Numbered from the stretch's first letter, positions 24,586 through 34,252 are shown. The stretch is DNA of 44,439 nt from an uncultured Candidatus Saccharibacteria bacterium (GCA_964424295.1 CAYRHZ010000001.1:1-44439), one strand, 5' to 3'. Made by a program: numbers and translations. Notes: a model not told the origin generated them from the sequence alone.

Positions 24586-26292
24586 TTACCTATCCGGGGG
24601 GACCTCGTAGTAGTTGATTAGAAACTTCGTTATCTCACTGAAAGGCACTGACAAAGTCTCTGAACCGAATCTAATGCCCTTAGGGTTGACTGTGTAAAGC
24701 AATATTATAAATTTTGGATTGTAGGCTGGAAAGAATCCCACAAAAGAGTGAAGTACTCTGTCTTCATAGTACCCTGCTCCTCCAGGCCGTGCCACTTGAG
24801 CTGTTCCTGTTTTAACAGCAACACTGTGTCTCGCTAGTTTCAAAGTTCCGTTCATCAAGACGTTATCCATGCTGTACACCATCATTCTGCTCACCTCCTC
24901 TGATGTTTCTCTCTTTATAACCTGCTTACCCAGAGTAATAGGTGTGTTTTTAGTAACACCAACTTTATACTTTACACTTTTTACAAGATGAGGAGATACA
25001 ATAAAACCTCCGTTTGCAACAACTGACAGTGCAGAAATAGCAGAAATAGGAGTGAGTGCGAGACTTTGTCCGAAAGATGCAGAAGCTAGGTCGATATTTA
25101 CTTTACTATCCAAACTAGTTACAAGGTTTTTAGCTTCATTTGGAAGTTCAATGTTTGTTTTATTACCCAGTCCAAAGCTATAAAAATATTTTGAAAATCT
25201 TTCGTTTCCTAAAAGGGACTGCACGTGTGCAGAACCCACGTTCAGAGACTGCGAGAGAACATCCTGCATACTAACAACCCCTCTCTCCTTTCCGTCGAAG
25301 TTGCTAACTTTCTTATTATTTATCATTACAAAACCTTTGTCGTAGTATGTAGAGCCAGCATTCACCACGCCAGCATCAATTCCTGATGCCATAGTCAAAA
25401 CTTTAATAATAGAGCCTAGTTCGTAAATATTTTCAACCAGTGGGTTGGAGAAAATTTTTGCATCTTTTACTTCACTTGAGTTGTTTGGATCAAAAGTAGG
25501 ATAAGACTCCATAGCAAAGATTTCCCCAGTTAGCGGATCCATAATAATGCCTCCGGTTAAATCAGAGCTCCACTTTTCTGTAGTACTAGCAATAATATTT
25601 TGTAAATATGACTGCACTGTAGGTTCTATTGTGGTCACAATGTCAGACTCTATGTCATCTGTATTCTTTGCCACGTCTCTAATGTCTGAAAATATCTGAG
25701 CAAAAAAGTTTACATAAGCACCCTCACCTCTTTCTAATTGAGCGTCATACTGTCTTTCTAGTCCATAACGACCAGCATATTCATCACCCTTAAAACCGAG
25801 TATACCGACTACATGTGCAGCCGTGTTTCCTCCTGGGTAAAACCTCCATCTATCTTTATAAACCTGAAGCCCGGGGATTTTTAAGTCTCCTATTTGTTTT
25901 CCTATATCAGTATCAACATGAACAGCTATTTCTTCGTAAGGATCTTTTGTTTTTGTTGCTTTCGCAATGAACTCATCATGGTCTGTCGGCATTATCTCAT
26001 TTACTTTTGACCAAACACTCTCAGGATCCTTCAAAATCTCAGGGTTAACCGCAACAATGAAGCCCGAGCGCAAAGTAGCAGCAGAAACCAAGCTTCCGTC
26101 TTTGTTTTGAAAGAAAATAGTACCTCTATCGAACACGTTTTTAGAAGTAGACTGATATTGTCTATCTGCTTTGTTGGTATATTTTTCGCTATCAATCACC
26201 TGTAAAAAATAAAGTCTCCCTATTAGGAGAAGTGCGAAAGAAAAAACCACGAATGAAAGAAAACGGATTCTGTATAAATAGTTAAATTTCAT
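24586..26292 (-). CDS. ftsI: penicillin-binding protein (FtsI/PBP3-type transpeptidase)
   Basis: N-terminal TM segment, PBP dimerisation region and transpeptidase domain (SIIK-type SxxK, SxN, KTGT). It sits downstream of mraZ-rsmH-ftsL. Confidence 0.88.
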   Translation of the reverse strand: MKFNYLYRIRFLSFVVFSFALLLIGRLYFLQVIDSEKYTNKADRQYQSTSKNVFDRGTIFFQNKDGSLVSAATLRSGFIVAVNPEILKDPESVWSKVNEIMPTDHDEFIAKATKTKDPYEEIAVHVDTDIGKQIGDLKIPGLQVYKDRWRFYPGGNTAAHVVGILGFKGDEYAGRYGLERQYDAQLERGEGAYVNFFAQIFSDIRDVAKNTDDIESDIVTTIEPTVQSYLQNIIASTTEKWSSDLTGGIIMDPLTGEIFAMESYPTFDPNNSSEVKDAKIFSNPLVENIYELGSIIKVLTMASGIDAGVVNAGSTYYDKGFVMINNKKVSNFDGKERGVVSMQDVLSQSLNVGSAHVQSLLGNERFSKYFYSFGLGNKTNIELPNEAKNLVTSLDSKVNIDLASASFGQSLALTPISAISALSVVANGGFIVSPHLVKSVKYKVGVTKNTPITLGKQVIKRETSEEVSRMMVYSMDNVLMNGTLKLARHSVAVKTGTAQVARPGGAGYYEDRVLHSFVGFFPAYNPKFIILLYTVNPKGIRFGSETLSVPFSEITKFLINYYEVPPDR

Positions 26293-26332
26293 AACACAAA
26301 AGTACCGTGTGAATTATAACAGAAACCCCTGA

Positions 26333-26644
26333 TTAATTAGACAAAAATGAAACACCTTTTGTGGATTTCTCTGAAATATATGACTTAGGACTAGCATCTT
26401 TAAACCCAAGCTTGTACGCCAAACTCAAAGTTACTGCGTTTCTATTGTTTATATATTGAAATTCTTTGTTACTTATAGCCAAGTTGAGTTGAGTAATCTG
26501 TGACTCAATATTTTGACTACTCACAACGTTATGTACTGTTGTGTTAATAAGATACATATAAAAACCAATTGAAAATATTAGAACGCCCAAAAGACTCCAA
26601 AATATAGTCTTCTCTCTATTTAATTGTAATATTCTCTCTACCAT
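26333..26644 (-). CDS. FtsL-like small bitopic membrane protein
   Basis: 103 aa with a single TM segment. Assigned by its position between rsmH and ftsI. Confidence 0.5.
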   Translation of the reverse strand: MVERILQLNREKTIFWSLLGVLIFSIGFYMYLINTTVHNVVSSQNIESQITQLNLAISNKEFQYINNRNAVTLSLAYKLGFKDASPKSYISEKSTKGVSFLSN

Positions 26645-26650
26645 TTTTAT

Positions 26651-27544
26651 TTAAATTTTTTGTATTATTCTTAGTTTGCTACTTCTACTTCTTGGATTTT
26701 CTGTTAATTCTGCCTCTGTTGGAATAATTGGCTTTTTATTTACCAAACTCCCCAACCCCTTGTCAGACAACCCTTTAAAAAATTGTTTTACCGCTCTGTC
26801 TTCAATACTGTGGAACGAAATGACTGCCAGTCTACCTCCGCTACTTAATCTATCGAAACCGACTCTTATCCCCTGTTTCAGACTTTCTATTTCATCATTT
26901 ACTGTTATGCGTAGCGCTTGGAAAGTTTTAGTAGCTGGATGAATCCTGCGGACGTGATACCACTTTGGTGTAGCTGTTTTAATAATGTCTACAAGGTCGA
27001 ATGTGGTGAGAATCGGCCTTTCTTCTCTTCTGGCAACTATTGCTTTAGCGATTTTCCAAGCAAACTGTTCCTCACCATAACCTTTCAATATTGTAGAAAG
27101 GTTTTCTAGCTCCCAAGTGTTCAATATTTCTTTTGCGGTAAGGTCTTCCTCAGTTGGATTCTTCTTGAAAGACATTAATAGTGGTTCATCTTTTTGAAAC
27201 GAGAACCCCCTACCGGATTCTTCAAACTGATTACTGGACAACCCTATGTCTAACAGAATTCTGTCTACCTTTGGAATTTCTAGATTATCTAAAACAGAGT
27301 CCATGTTTCTGAAACTATCTTGAACGTAGTGAACTTTGAGGTTGTAAGAAGAGAGTCTCTCCTTAGTTCTAGTAATTGCATCAGGATCAAGGTCGATACC
27401 GATCATGACAACGCCATCGCCAAACCTTTTTGCAACTTCCTCAAAATGTCCACCACCACCCAAGGTCCCATCAACAAAAATATCTCCATTTTTGATTTCT
27501 AAACCATCTATGCTTTCTTGTAAAAGAACTGTCTTGTGGATCAT
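26651..27544 (-). CDS. rsmH: 16S rRNA (cytosine1402-N4)-methyltransferase RsmH
   Basis: HKTVLLQESIDGL…FVDGTLGGGGH and the conserved SFHSIEDR motif. Confidence 0.94.
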   Translation of the reverse strand: MIHKTVLLQESIDGLEIKNGDIFVDGTLGGGGHFEEVAKRFGDGVVMIGIDLDPDAITRTKERLSSYNLKVHYVQDSFRNMDSVLDNLEIPKVDRILLDIGLSSNQFEESGRGFSFQKDEPLLMSFKKNPTEEDLTAKEILNTWELENLSTILKGYGEEQFAWKIAKAIVARREERPILTTFDLVDIIKTATPKWYHVRRIHPATKTFQALRITVNDEIESLKQGIRVGFDRLSSGGRLAVISFHSIEDRAVKQFFKGLSDKGLGSLVNKKPIIPTEAELTENPRSRSSKLRIIQKI

Positions 27545-27547
27545 ATT

Positions 27548-27982
27548 TTATATAACCCCTACTTGACCCAGCTTTTCAGCTAGTGTGTCGGCCTGCTTCT
27601 CTACAACCTTCTTGTACTCTGTCCATGCCTTCTCGTTCCAAATTTCAACTCGACTCGAGACACCGATTAAAACAACTTTGTTTTTTAGGTTTGCTCTATC
27701 TCGCAAAAATTCTGGAACTAAAATTCGACCAATAGAATCAACTTCTGTTTCTACCGCCGATGAAAACATGAAACGATTAAAACTTCGCGAGTCAGCTTGG
27801 CCGATAGAAGATTGATTTAATTTTTCTTCTATCTTTGACCACTCAGAACTTTTAAATAACCAGAGACAGTTATCCAAACCCTGTGTGACCACTAATTTTT
27901 TTCCAAACTCACTACGAAATTTTGCAGGAAGAGAAACTCTGTTTTTGTCGTCGATTGAATGTGTGTATTCGCCGATAAGCAT
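27548..27982 (-). CDS. mraZ: transcriptional regulator MraZ
   Basis: MLIGEYTHSIDDKNRVSLPAKFR plus a second SpoVT/AbrB-like repeat (VDSIGRILVPEFLR). Trimmed from the 200-aa track ORF to the ATG at 27982. Confidence 0.9.
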   Translation of the reverse strand: MLIGEYTHSIDDKNRVSLPAKFRSEFGKKLVVTQGLDNCLWLFKSSEWSKIEEKLNQSSIGQADSRSFNRFMFSSAVETEVDSIGRILVPEFLRDRANLKNKVVLIGVSSRVEIWNEKAWTEYKKVVEKQADTLAEKLGQVGVI

Positions 27983-28001
27983 AAGTTTTCTTTTATGGTT
28001 T

Positions 28002-28047
28002 CCCACTCCTTCCCACTTGAATAACATTATATACCACTCTTTCCCAC
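28002..28047 (-). promoter_or_regulatory. MraZ-type operator: four GTGGG/GTGGT boxes overlapping the mraZ -10 region
   Basis: The minus strand reads GTGGGaaagaGTGGTatataatgttattcaaGTGGGaaggaGTGGG. The plus-strand boxes are at 28002-28006, 28012-28016, 28033-37 and 28043-47 (spacing 10, 21 and 10). TATAAT lies at 28026-28031 on the minus strand. Confidence 0.65.
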
Positions 28048-28074
28048 CGAGTACCAAAAACCCTGTGGATAATG

Positions 28075-28096
28075 CAAAAGAACCTGTTTCCAGGTT
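28075..28096 (-). terminator. small hairpin terminator upstream of the mraZ promoter
   Basis: On the minus-strand RNA, AACCUG-GAAA-CAGGUU is followed by CUUUUG. Confidence 0.45.
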
Positions 28097-28114
28097 CTTG
28101 TAAAGAGTAATTGA

Positions 28115-28145
28115 TATTCTGCGGAAGCCTGGCTTCCGCACGATA
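28115..28145. repeat. 31-nt repeat copy A containing a 9-bp-stem palindrome
   Basis: TATTCTGCGGAAGCCTGGCTTCCGCACGATA is identical to 29781-29811. The internal hairpin is TGCGGAAGC-ctg-GCTTCCGCA. Confidence 0.9.
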
Positions 28146-28269
28146 AGCATAACTTAAAAATTGAGTTAAATTGACTCAGATGCTAGGCGCAGGAGATTTT
28201 TTGAGTAAGCCTTACAGGTAGCAAGGTGAACGAGAAAAATTGAACTGCAACAACGCAGATGAGATAATT

Positions 28270-29727
28270 TTACTCACTTTTAGGGCGCATTAGTGGAAAA
28301 GTTTGCAGCTCTCTCAGCGGTTTATCCGCCAATATCGCAAAAAGTCTCTCTCCGAAACCAAATCCACAAGTAGGAGGCATACCGTACTCCAACATTTCCA
28401 CGAATTCATCGTCTGGCATCATTGCTTCTGTATCCCCTCCTTCTATAAGTTTTTGTTGTGTATCAAATCTTTCCTTCTGGTCTATAGGGTCATTTAATTC
28501 TGAATATCCGTTTCCGACTTCAAGTCCAGCAATTAGAGGCTGGAATCTTTGAACGGTTTCTGTTCCTAAATTTTTCTTTGCAAGTGGTGCAACAAGAGCA
28601 GGATGGTTTACTAGAAATGCTGGACCTGAAATATTTTTTCTACAATACTTCCAAAGTGTGTCTGTGAGTCTCTCGCGGTTTTCTCCATCAAATTTCACAC
28701 CCAACTCTTTTAGTTTTTCCATTATCTCATCATCTGTAGCTGAATTTAAATCAATACCAGTTTGTTTTTTCACCTCTTCACTATAGTCCACTTCAGGCCA
28801 TGCTTCACCAAGATCAAAAGTGTGACCTCGTGAAGTAAATTTTGTAGTACCAAAAACACTTTGAGCGATTTCAATATACATTTCTCTAACGAGTTTCATT
28901 CCATCGTTATAATCTGCAAATGACCAGTAAAACTCCATGTTAGTAAACTCTTGTGCATGGTCTGGAGAAGTACCTTCATTTCTATATGCACGTCCTATTT
29001 CAAAAGTTTTAGGAAAACCTCCCGCCATAAGTCTTTTCTGCCATAATTCTCCAATAGATATACGCAAATAAACATCTAGGTCATAGTCGTTGTGGTGTGT
29101 TTTAAATGGTGTTGCCTCTGCTCCACCAGTTGTTGTTTCGAGTGTAGGTGTTTCTACCTCCAAGAATCCATTGTTTTTCATAAATTCACGAGTAGCATCC
29201 CAGAACTTTGATTTCTTAACAATCAAATCTCGGAGTTCATCATTCATTAGGAAATCCAAATATCGTTTTCTGAATCTTTCATCTAGGTCTGTAAGCCCAT
29301 GCCATTTTTCAGGAAGAGGAAGTAGTGACTTTCCTGCCATCTGCCAAACTCTAGTATCTATACTTTGCTCACCAGTTTTAGAAAGCATTGCTTTACCAGA
29401 AACTGAAATAAAATCTCCAATGTCTACAGTGTCTGTAAAAAGTTTAAAGTCTTCTTCACTTAAAGTATCTTTTTTTATTATTGCTTGAACTTTTTCTGTC
29501 CCATCAAAAAGCACAGCAAATAGTATTGCTCCCTGCCCTCGCAAAGCCATAACTCTACCAGCAACAGAAACTTCGTTGTCTGCTTTTATATGCTCGTCAA
29601 AATTCTTCTTTAAAAAACCAATAGGAAAATCCCTAGGAACTTTTGCTGGGTATGGGTTTATGCCCTTATCCTTTAGTATTTGGAGTTTTGACAGTCTTCC
29701 CTCCCGTATCTCTTCTAATGATGCCAT
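28270..29727 (-). CDS. lysS: lysyl-tRNA synthetase (class II)
   Basis: OB-fold N-terminal domain plus class II motifs (…FEIGRAYRNEG…, …GFGFGERL…). Confidence 0.94.
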   Translation of the reverse strand: MASLEEIREGRLSKLQILKDKGINPYPAKVPRDFPIGFLKKNFDEHIKADNEVSVAGRVMALRGQGAILFAVLFDGTEKVQAIIKKDTLSEEDFKLFTDTVDIGDFISVSGKAMLSKTGEQSIDTRVWQMAGKSLLPLPEKWHGLTDLDERFRKRYLDFLMNDELRDLIVKKSKFWDATREFMKNNGFLEVETPTLETTTGGAEATPFKTHHNDYDLDVYLRISIGELWQKRLMAGGFPKTFEIGRAYRNEGTSPDHAQEFTNMEFYWSFADYNDGMKLVREMYIEIAQSVFGTTKFTSRGHTFDLGEAWPEVDYSEEVKKQTGIDLNSATDDEIMEKLKELGVKFDGENRERLTDTLWKYCRKNISGPAFLVNHPALVAPLAKKNLGTETVQRFQPLIAGLEVGNGYSELNDPIDQKERFDTQQKLIEGGDTEAMMPDDEFVEMLEYGMPPTCGFGFGERLFAILADKPLRELQTFPLMRPKSE

Positions 29728-29736
29728 ATAGACTAT

Positions 29737-29765
29737 ATATTACCATCTGGGTGCGGATTATTCAA
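29737..29765 (-). promoter_or_regulatory. lysS promoter TTGAAT-17-TAATAT
   Basis: On the minus strand the -35 is at 29760-29765 and the -10 at 29737-29742, so the -10 is 9 nt upstream of the ATG (very short 5' UTR). Confidence 0.45.
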
Positions 29766-29780
29766 AATCTCTTTCTCCTC

Positions 29781-29811
29781 TATTCTGCGGAAGCCTGGCT
29801 TCCGCACGATA
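29781..29811. repeat. 31-nt repeat copy B containing a 9-bp-stem palindrome
   Basis: Identical to 28115-28145 in the same orientation. It lies between the greA stop and the lysS promoter. Confidence 0.9.
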
Positions 29812-29824
29812 CGATTTGGAAGTT

Positions 29825-30286
29825 TTACTTAATCTCCAGGATTTTGTAGGTAATCTCGCCGCTTGGCGCTTTAAAAGTAAAGTTGTCGCCTTTTTTCTTT
29901 CCTAATATAGATTGACCGAAAGGAGATTTCATAGAAATTTTATTTGAAACAACATCTGCCTCTTCTGAACCAACGATACTATAAGAAAACTTCTTACCAT
30001 CCTTTTCTACAGTAACCACTGAACCAACATTGACCGCATCACCTGTATTTGTAGACACGATTTGAGCAGTTTTTAGAAGTTCTTCAAGTCTTAAGATTCT
30101 GTCTTCGATATTAGCCTGAGCATCTCGAGCTTCGTGGTATTCTGCGTTCTCAGAAAGATCTCCTAGTGACTTTGCATATTCTAGAGATTCAGCAATTTCT
30201 TTTCTTTTTGTGCCCCTTAGAAGAGCGAGTTCTTTTGTGAATTCATCAAACTTTTCTTTAGTCAAATACTCCTTGTCGTTCTTCAT
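29825..30286 (-). CDS. greA: transcription elongation factor GreA
   Basis: LTKEKFDEFTKELALL…SLGDLSENAEYHEARDAQ is a typical GreA coiled coil, with a C-terminal FKBP-like domain. Confidence 0.93.
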   Translation of the reverse strand: MKNDKEYLTKEKFDEFTKELALLRGTKRKEIAESLEYAKSLGDLSENAEYHEARDAQANIEDRILRLEELLKTAQIVSTNTGDAVNVGSVVTVEKDGKKFSYSIVGSEEADVVSNKISMKSPFGQSILGKKKGDNFTFKAPSGEITYKILEIK

Positions 30287-30354
30287 TTTTATAAGGTTTT
30301 AATGATAAATAGTGAGAAGAGTATAGCAAAAAAACACCCTTTGGTCAATTTACA

Positions 30355-32067
30355 CTATTGCAAGTATTCTGGGGTGTAAATATTAACCCAATCAAAAAAT
30401 TCCTTCATCACCAACACTGCTCCAAATTGATTACCTCTTGAGGCTCTTTCCATAACGATAACAAAAGCATACTTAGGATTTTTGTATGGCCAGAACCCAG
30501 CAACCCAAGAATTTACCTCGTCCTTGTTTGCACCTATCTGTGCAGTACCTGTTTTTGCAGCAACTTCAAGATTAGAATAGTTTATTGCTTGGCAAGTCCC
30601 TGCAGTCACACACATTCTCATTCCTTCTTTTACAATCCTAAAACTATCACTTTCTAATTCTGCTCCAATTACTTCCTTTTTAATCTGTTCCGGCACAGTA
30701 ACTTTCATAAAGGTGGGAGTAACTAAGGTTCCGTTTGTGGCAATACCTCCAAAAGCACGAACGACTTGAACTGGAGAAACTTGAAAACCATACTGACCGA
30801 TGGATGTGTTATATGTATCCCCAACCCTCCAATCCTCACCCTTAAAGGTTAATTTTTTCCAAGTTGGACTAGGTATAGTTCCATTTTTTTCTCCAGGAAA
30901 ATAAATCCCTGTTGTACTACCAAAACCAAACAATCTTGAATATTTTTCAATGTTTTCTATTCCAATTCCTTTTTGCCCTTTGAATCCTCCTGACACCTCG
31001 TAAAAATAAACGTTTGAAGATACAGCCAAAGCCCTACGCAGGTCGACTAATCCATGAGCTTTCCAATCCACAAAAACTGAAGGTTTGTCTGGAAAAAATG
31101 GATTTGGAACAGTAATCGAACCGGTACTCAATATTTGCTTTGCTGGATCAATAACATCTTCTTCCAAAACTCCCATGGCAACAAAAACCTTCATGATTGA
31201 TCCGGGAGTATATAGTCCATCTACTGCCCTATTTAGAAATGGATTATTGGTACTCTTTATCCATCCATTAATCTTTTCTGCATTGTTACCGTCAGAAAGA
31301 ATTTGCGAGTCATACTCTGGGAAATTTGCTAGGGAGATTATCTCACCAGTTTCAACATTCATAATAACACCAGAGCCACCCTTGAAGCCTCCCCTGTTAG
31401 CTACATCAATTATAGAACTATAAAGTCTTTTTTGTAGTTGTAGATCAATAGACATATCCAAGTTGCTTCCATCCTGTGGCGCCTGAACAACGCTTTCTGA
31501 AACTACTTTTCCCTTAACATCTGTTTCAATTATTTTTAACCCGTCTCTACCTGAAAGTTCACTGTTATATATTTTTTCAATGCCATCTTTTGGATCAAAT
31601 TTTTCTTGATAGTATATGCCTGAAGAATCTTTAGATGGATACTTTACGTAGCCCAAAGTTGTCGAGAGTCCAGTAGAAGTTGCGTACTCTCGCAATGAAA
31701 AATCAGAACCTTCAGGATTTACTGTATTCCAAACTAAAGGAACTTTATTTCTATCAAAAACAACCCCTCTATCTGCAAAAATTAAAGTATTGTGCAGGTT
31801 ATTGCTATCACTTCTCATTCTGAAATCTTGACCTTCTACAACCTGCAGACCCCACAATCTGTAGAGAAAAACCCCACCCACAATTACAACAAAAAACATT
31901 ACTGTTTTGTAAACATTATAAGAAATTGGCTTCTCTAGTCTTCCCTCAAACTGATGAGTGTCAAAATCGGGCAGGTTTTGAGAATCGATAAAAATCTCGT
32001 CAGGGTCTATTGGCGTCAATCTTTTACGAGTTCTTCTTCTCCATAAGTTTTTTAAATTTGAAAACAT
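30355..32067 (-). CDS. mrdA: penicillin-binding protein 2 (elongation-specific transpeptidase)
   Basis: TM anchor and transpeptidase motifs (SIMK-type SxxK, SSN, KTGT). It sits immediately downstream of mreBCD. Confidence 0.88.
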   Translation of the reverse strand: MFSNLKNLWRRRTRKRLTPIDPDEIFIDSQNLPDFDTHQFEGRLEKPISYNVYKTVMFFVVIVGGVFLYRLWGLQVVEGQDFRMRSDSNNLHNTLIFADRGVVFDRNKVPLVWNTVNPEGSDFSLREYATSTGLSTTLGYVKYPSKDSSGIYYQEKFDPKDGIEKIYNSELSGRDGLKIIETDVKGKVVSESVVQAPQDGSNLDMSIDLQLQKRLYSSIIDVANRGGFKGGSGVIMNVETGEIISLANFPEYDSQILSDGNNAEKINGWIKSTNNPFLNRAVDGLYTPGSIMKVFVAMGVLEEDVIDPAKQILSTGSITVPNPFFPDKPSVFVDWKAHGLVDLRRALAVSSNVYFYEVSGGFKGQKGIGIENIEKYSRLFGFGSTTGIYFPGEKNGTIPSPTWKKLTFKGEDWRVGDTYNTSIGQYGFQVSPVQVVRAFGGIATNGTLVTPTFMKVTVPEQIKKEVIGAELESDSFRIVKEGMRMCVTAGTCQAINYSNLEVAAKTGTAQIGANKDEVNSWVAGFWPYKNPKYAFVIVMERASRGNQFGAVLVMKEFFDWVNIYTPEYLQ

Positions 32068-32085
32068 GTATTGGTTATTTCAGTG

Positions 32086-32340
32086 TTATTTTCTTATTTG
32101 ATTTCTAATTAAAGAAATCACGACAAGAACAACTGCTGTCAAAACCAAAGTTTTATATGGAGAATGTTTCGATGCTAAATACAAATGATCAAATAGAAAT
32201 CCAAAAAATATTATTTCTAAATATAAAGGAAAGTAAAACGCCAAACCTATTAGGTATATCAAAGTTGCCCACCATGGCAGAAAAACGATGGAAAGAAAGA
32301 CTGAAACAAAAACTATTAACCTAATTACGGTTGAATTCAT
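32086..32340 (-). CDS. mreD: MreD-like small polytopic membrane protein
   Basis: 84-aa hydrophobic protein. Assigned by its position between mreC and mrdA. Confidence 0.5.
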   Translation of the reverse strand: MNSTVIRLIVFVSVFLSIVFLPWWATLIYLIGLAFYFPLYLEIIFFGFLFDHLYLASKHSPYKTLVLTAVVLVVISLIRNQIRK

Positions 32341-32368
32341 AAAAATATGATAACACGAATTTGCGGGT

Positions 32369-33157
32369 TTATTTCAATATAATAACGTGCTTGGTTTCAA
32401 GAGCATTTGTTGGTATTCGAAGGTAAACCTTCTTAAAGGAGCTTTGGGAGCTACTATCTACAAAGTAAACGGTGGCTAAAACTGAGCTATTTATGCCTGG
32501 ATATAGAAAAATGTCTCCCCATAGTATATCTGCTTCCTTTGGCACTTCTACTTGAAAATTGGACCCCCCAGAACCCTCCAATACAAAAGATGCTCCTGTT
32601 CTAGAAGAAATAGCTTCTTGTTTTTGATCACCGCTTGAAAAAAGCTTAACTGTAGATGTTTTACTTGATACCGATGTAATGTAGCCCAAGATTATATTAT
32701 CTGAAGCATAAACTCTGTCGCCGACACTAACACCTGAATTTTCGCTCGCATCAATTATAAAAGTATCAAACGGAGATTGTGGGGGTTTAGACAAAACACC
32801 TGCTATTATTTTTGTTCCACGCAGACTTGCCCCAATTTGCAACTTCAGATCCTCGTTTTCTTTTAACAGAATATCATAATCTATTTTATTTAGCCGAAGG
32901 GTTGCAACTTCTGCTGATAGCCTGTCGTTTTCTTTAATCAGATTTGTTTTGAAGCTAAAAAAGTCAGTGACAAAATAAGTAAGATTAAAAACTTTATCCC
33001 TTAAAAACCACAAAGGCTTCATTCCGTTCTGAGAAGTAGACCTTAGAAAATTTGGAAACGTTAAAGAAATAAGCAGGAGCAAGAGAAACAGTCCGGAACC
33101 TAATATTATTCTTGTATTATAATTCCTTTTAGGTTTATTTTTTAGGAGGAAGCTCAT
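32369..33157 (-). CDS. mreC: rod shape-determining protein MreC
   Basis: TM anchor, coiled coil (LIKENDRLSAEVATLRL…) and beta-rich C-terminus. It overlaps the end of mreB. Confidence 0.8.
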   Translation of the reverse strand: MSFLLKNKPKRNYNTRIILGSGLFLLLLLISLTFPNFLRSTSQNGMKPLWFLRDKVFNLTYFVTDFFSFKTNLIKENDRLSAEVATLRLNKIDYDILLKENEDLKLQIGASLRGTKIIAGVLSKPPQSPFDTFIIDASENSGVSVGDRVYASDNIILGYITSVSSKTSTVKLFSSGDQKQEAISSRTGASFVLEGSGGSNFQVEVPKEADILWGDIFLYPGINSSVLATVYFVDSSSQSSFKKVYLRIPTNALETKHVIILK

Positions 33158-34196
33158 CTTTGTTTGTAATTAAAATATCTTTATACATTTCCATATTTTC
33201 CAAAATAACACCTGTCCCTCTGCAAACTGCAGTTAGTGGGTCTGGAGCAACATGCACTGGGATTTTTGTATACTCTGAAATTATCTCGGCTAGTCCGTTT
33301 ATTAAGGCGCCACCACCTGCAAGAAAAATTCCTTTTTGCATAATATCGGACAAAACTTCTGGTGGGGTTGTTTCCAAAACTTCTCTTACTCCATCTACCA
33401 AAGTATTTATAGACTGAGAAATAGCTTCTCTAATATCTGAATCCGTTATTATCACCTCTCTAGGCAGTCCAGTGATTAAATCTCTACCTTTTATCGAAGC
33501 CTCCAGCGGAACGTCTCCTGGTAAAACTGCACCAATGTTTATTTTAATATCTTCAGCTGTTTTTTCACCAATCAAAATTTTAAACTCACTTCTCATATAA
33601 GAAATAATGTCGTTGTTTAGTTTGTCTCCAGCAACTCTCAAATTTTTTGAACGAACAACTCCACCCAAAGATATCACTGCAATATCTGTAGTTCCTCCAC
33701 CAATATCAACTATCATATTTCCAGTTGGCTCCAAAACAGGAAGTCGCATACCAATAGCCGCCGCCATAGGCTCTTCTACTATATGCACTTCAGATGCTCC
33801 TGCATTTTTTGTAGCATCACGCACAGCTCTAATCTCTACGTTTGTGATTCCAGACGGAACACCCACAACAACACGTGGGCCCAAAAGTTTTGTATTTCCT
33901 TTTTGAGCTTTATTTAAAAGATAAGTAATCATCTCTTCTGTAACTTCAAAGTCAGATATAACCCCATCTACAAGAGGCCTCACTGCCACAATGTGTAGTG
34001 GGGTTCTACCAAGCATCTGTTTAGCATCCTTACCCACAGCAACCACCTGACCAGTTTTTTGGTTAATAGCCACAACTGAAGGTTCGTTTAGAACAATGCC
34101 CTTACCGTTTAGGTAAACTAGGGTGTTTGCGGTACCCAGATCTATCCCAATGTCGTTGGATATGTACCTCTTGAATTGTTCAAAGTTTTTAATCAT
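33135..34196 (-). CDS. mreB: rod shape-determining protein MreB
   Basis: DIGIDLGTANTLVY…IVDIGGGTTDIAVISLGG…FLAGGGALINGL, the actin-like ATPase motifs. Confidence 0.95.
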   Translation of the reverse strand: MIKNFEQFKRYISNDIGIDLGTANTLVYLNGKGIVLNEPSVVAINQKTGQVVAVGKDAKQMLGRTPLHIVAVRPLVDGVISDFEVTEEMITYLLNKAQKGNTKLLGPRVVVGVPSGITNVEIRAVRDATKNAGASEVHIVEEPMAAAIGMRLPVLEPTGNMIVDIGGGTTDIAVISLGGVVRSKNLRVAGDKLNNDIISYMRSEFKILIGEKTAEDIKINIGAVLPGDVPLEASIKGRDLITGLPREVIITDSDIREAISQSINTLVDGVREVLETTPPEVLSDIMQKGIFLAGGGALINGLAEIISEYTKIPVHVAPDPLTAVCRGTGVILENMEMYKDILITNKDELPPKK

Positions 34197-34252
34197 TTTT
34201 GCTAGTCTAACACAATTTTACAAACATTATAAAACCTCGTCGAACACATCTT

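Noticed and set aside
19911-28072. Two perfect DnaA-box 9-mers (TGTGGATAA at 19911-19919 and 28064-28072) as a possible replication origin.
   Set aside because: A given 9-mer is expected by chance about 0.3 times in 44 kb on both strands. The two boxes are 8 kb apart. There is no cluster, no AT-rich DUE arrangement and no dnaA/dnaN nearby. They are noted only as possible local regulatory sites.
28146-28269. The spacer between lysS and repeat copy A as another hidden small gene or RNA island.
   Set aside because: Its composition is host-like, not GC-rich. It contains only a 13-codon ATG frame and a weak 4-bp hairpin (CTGC…GCAG). It is most simply the lysS 3' UTR and terminator region.
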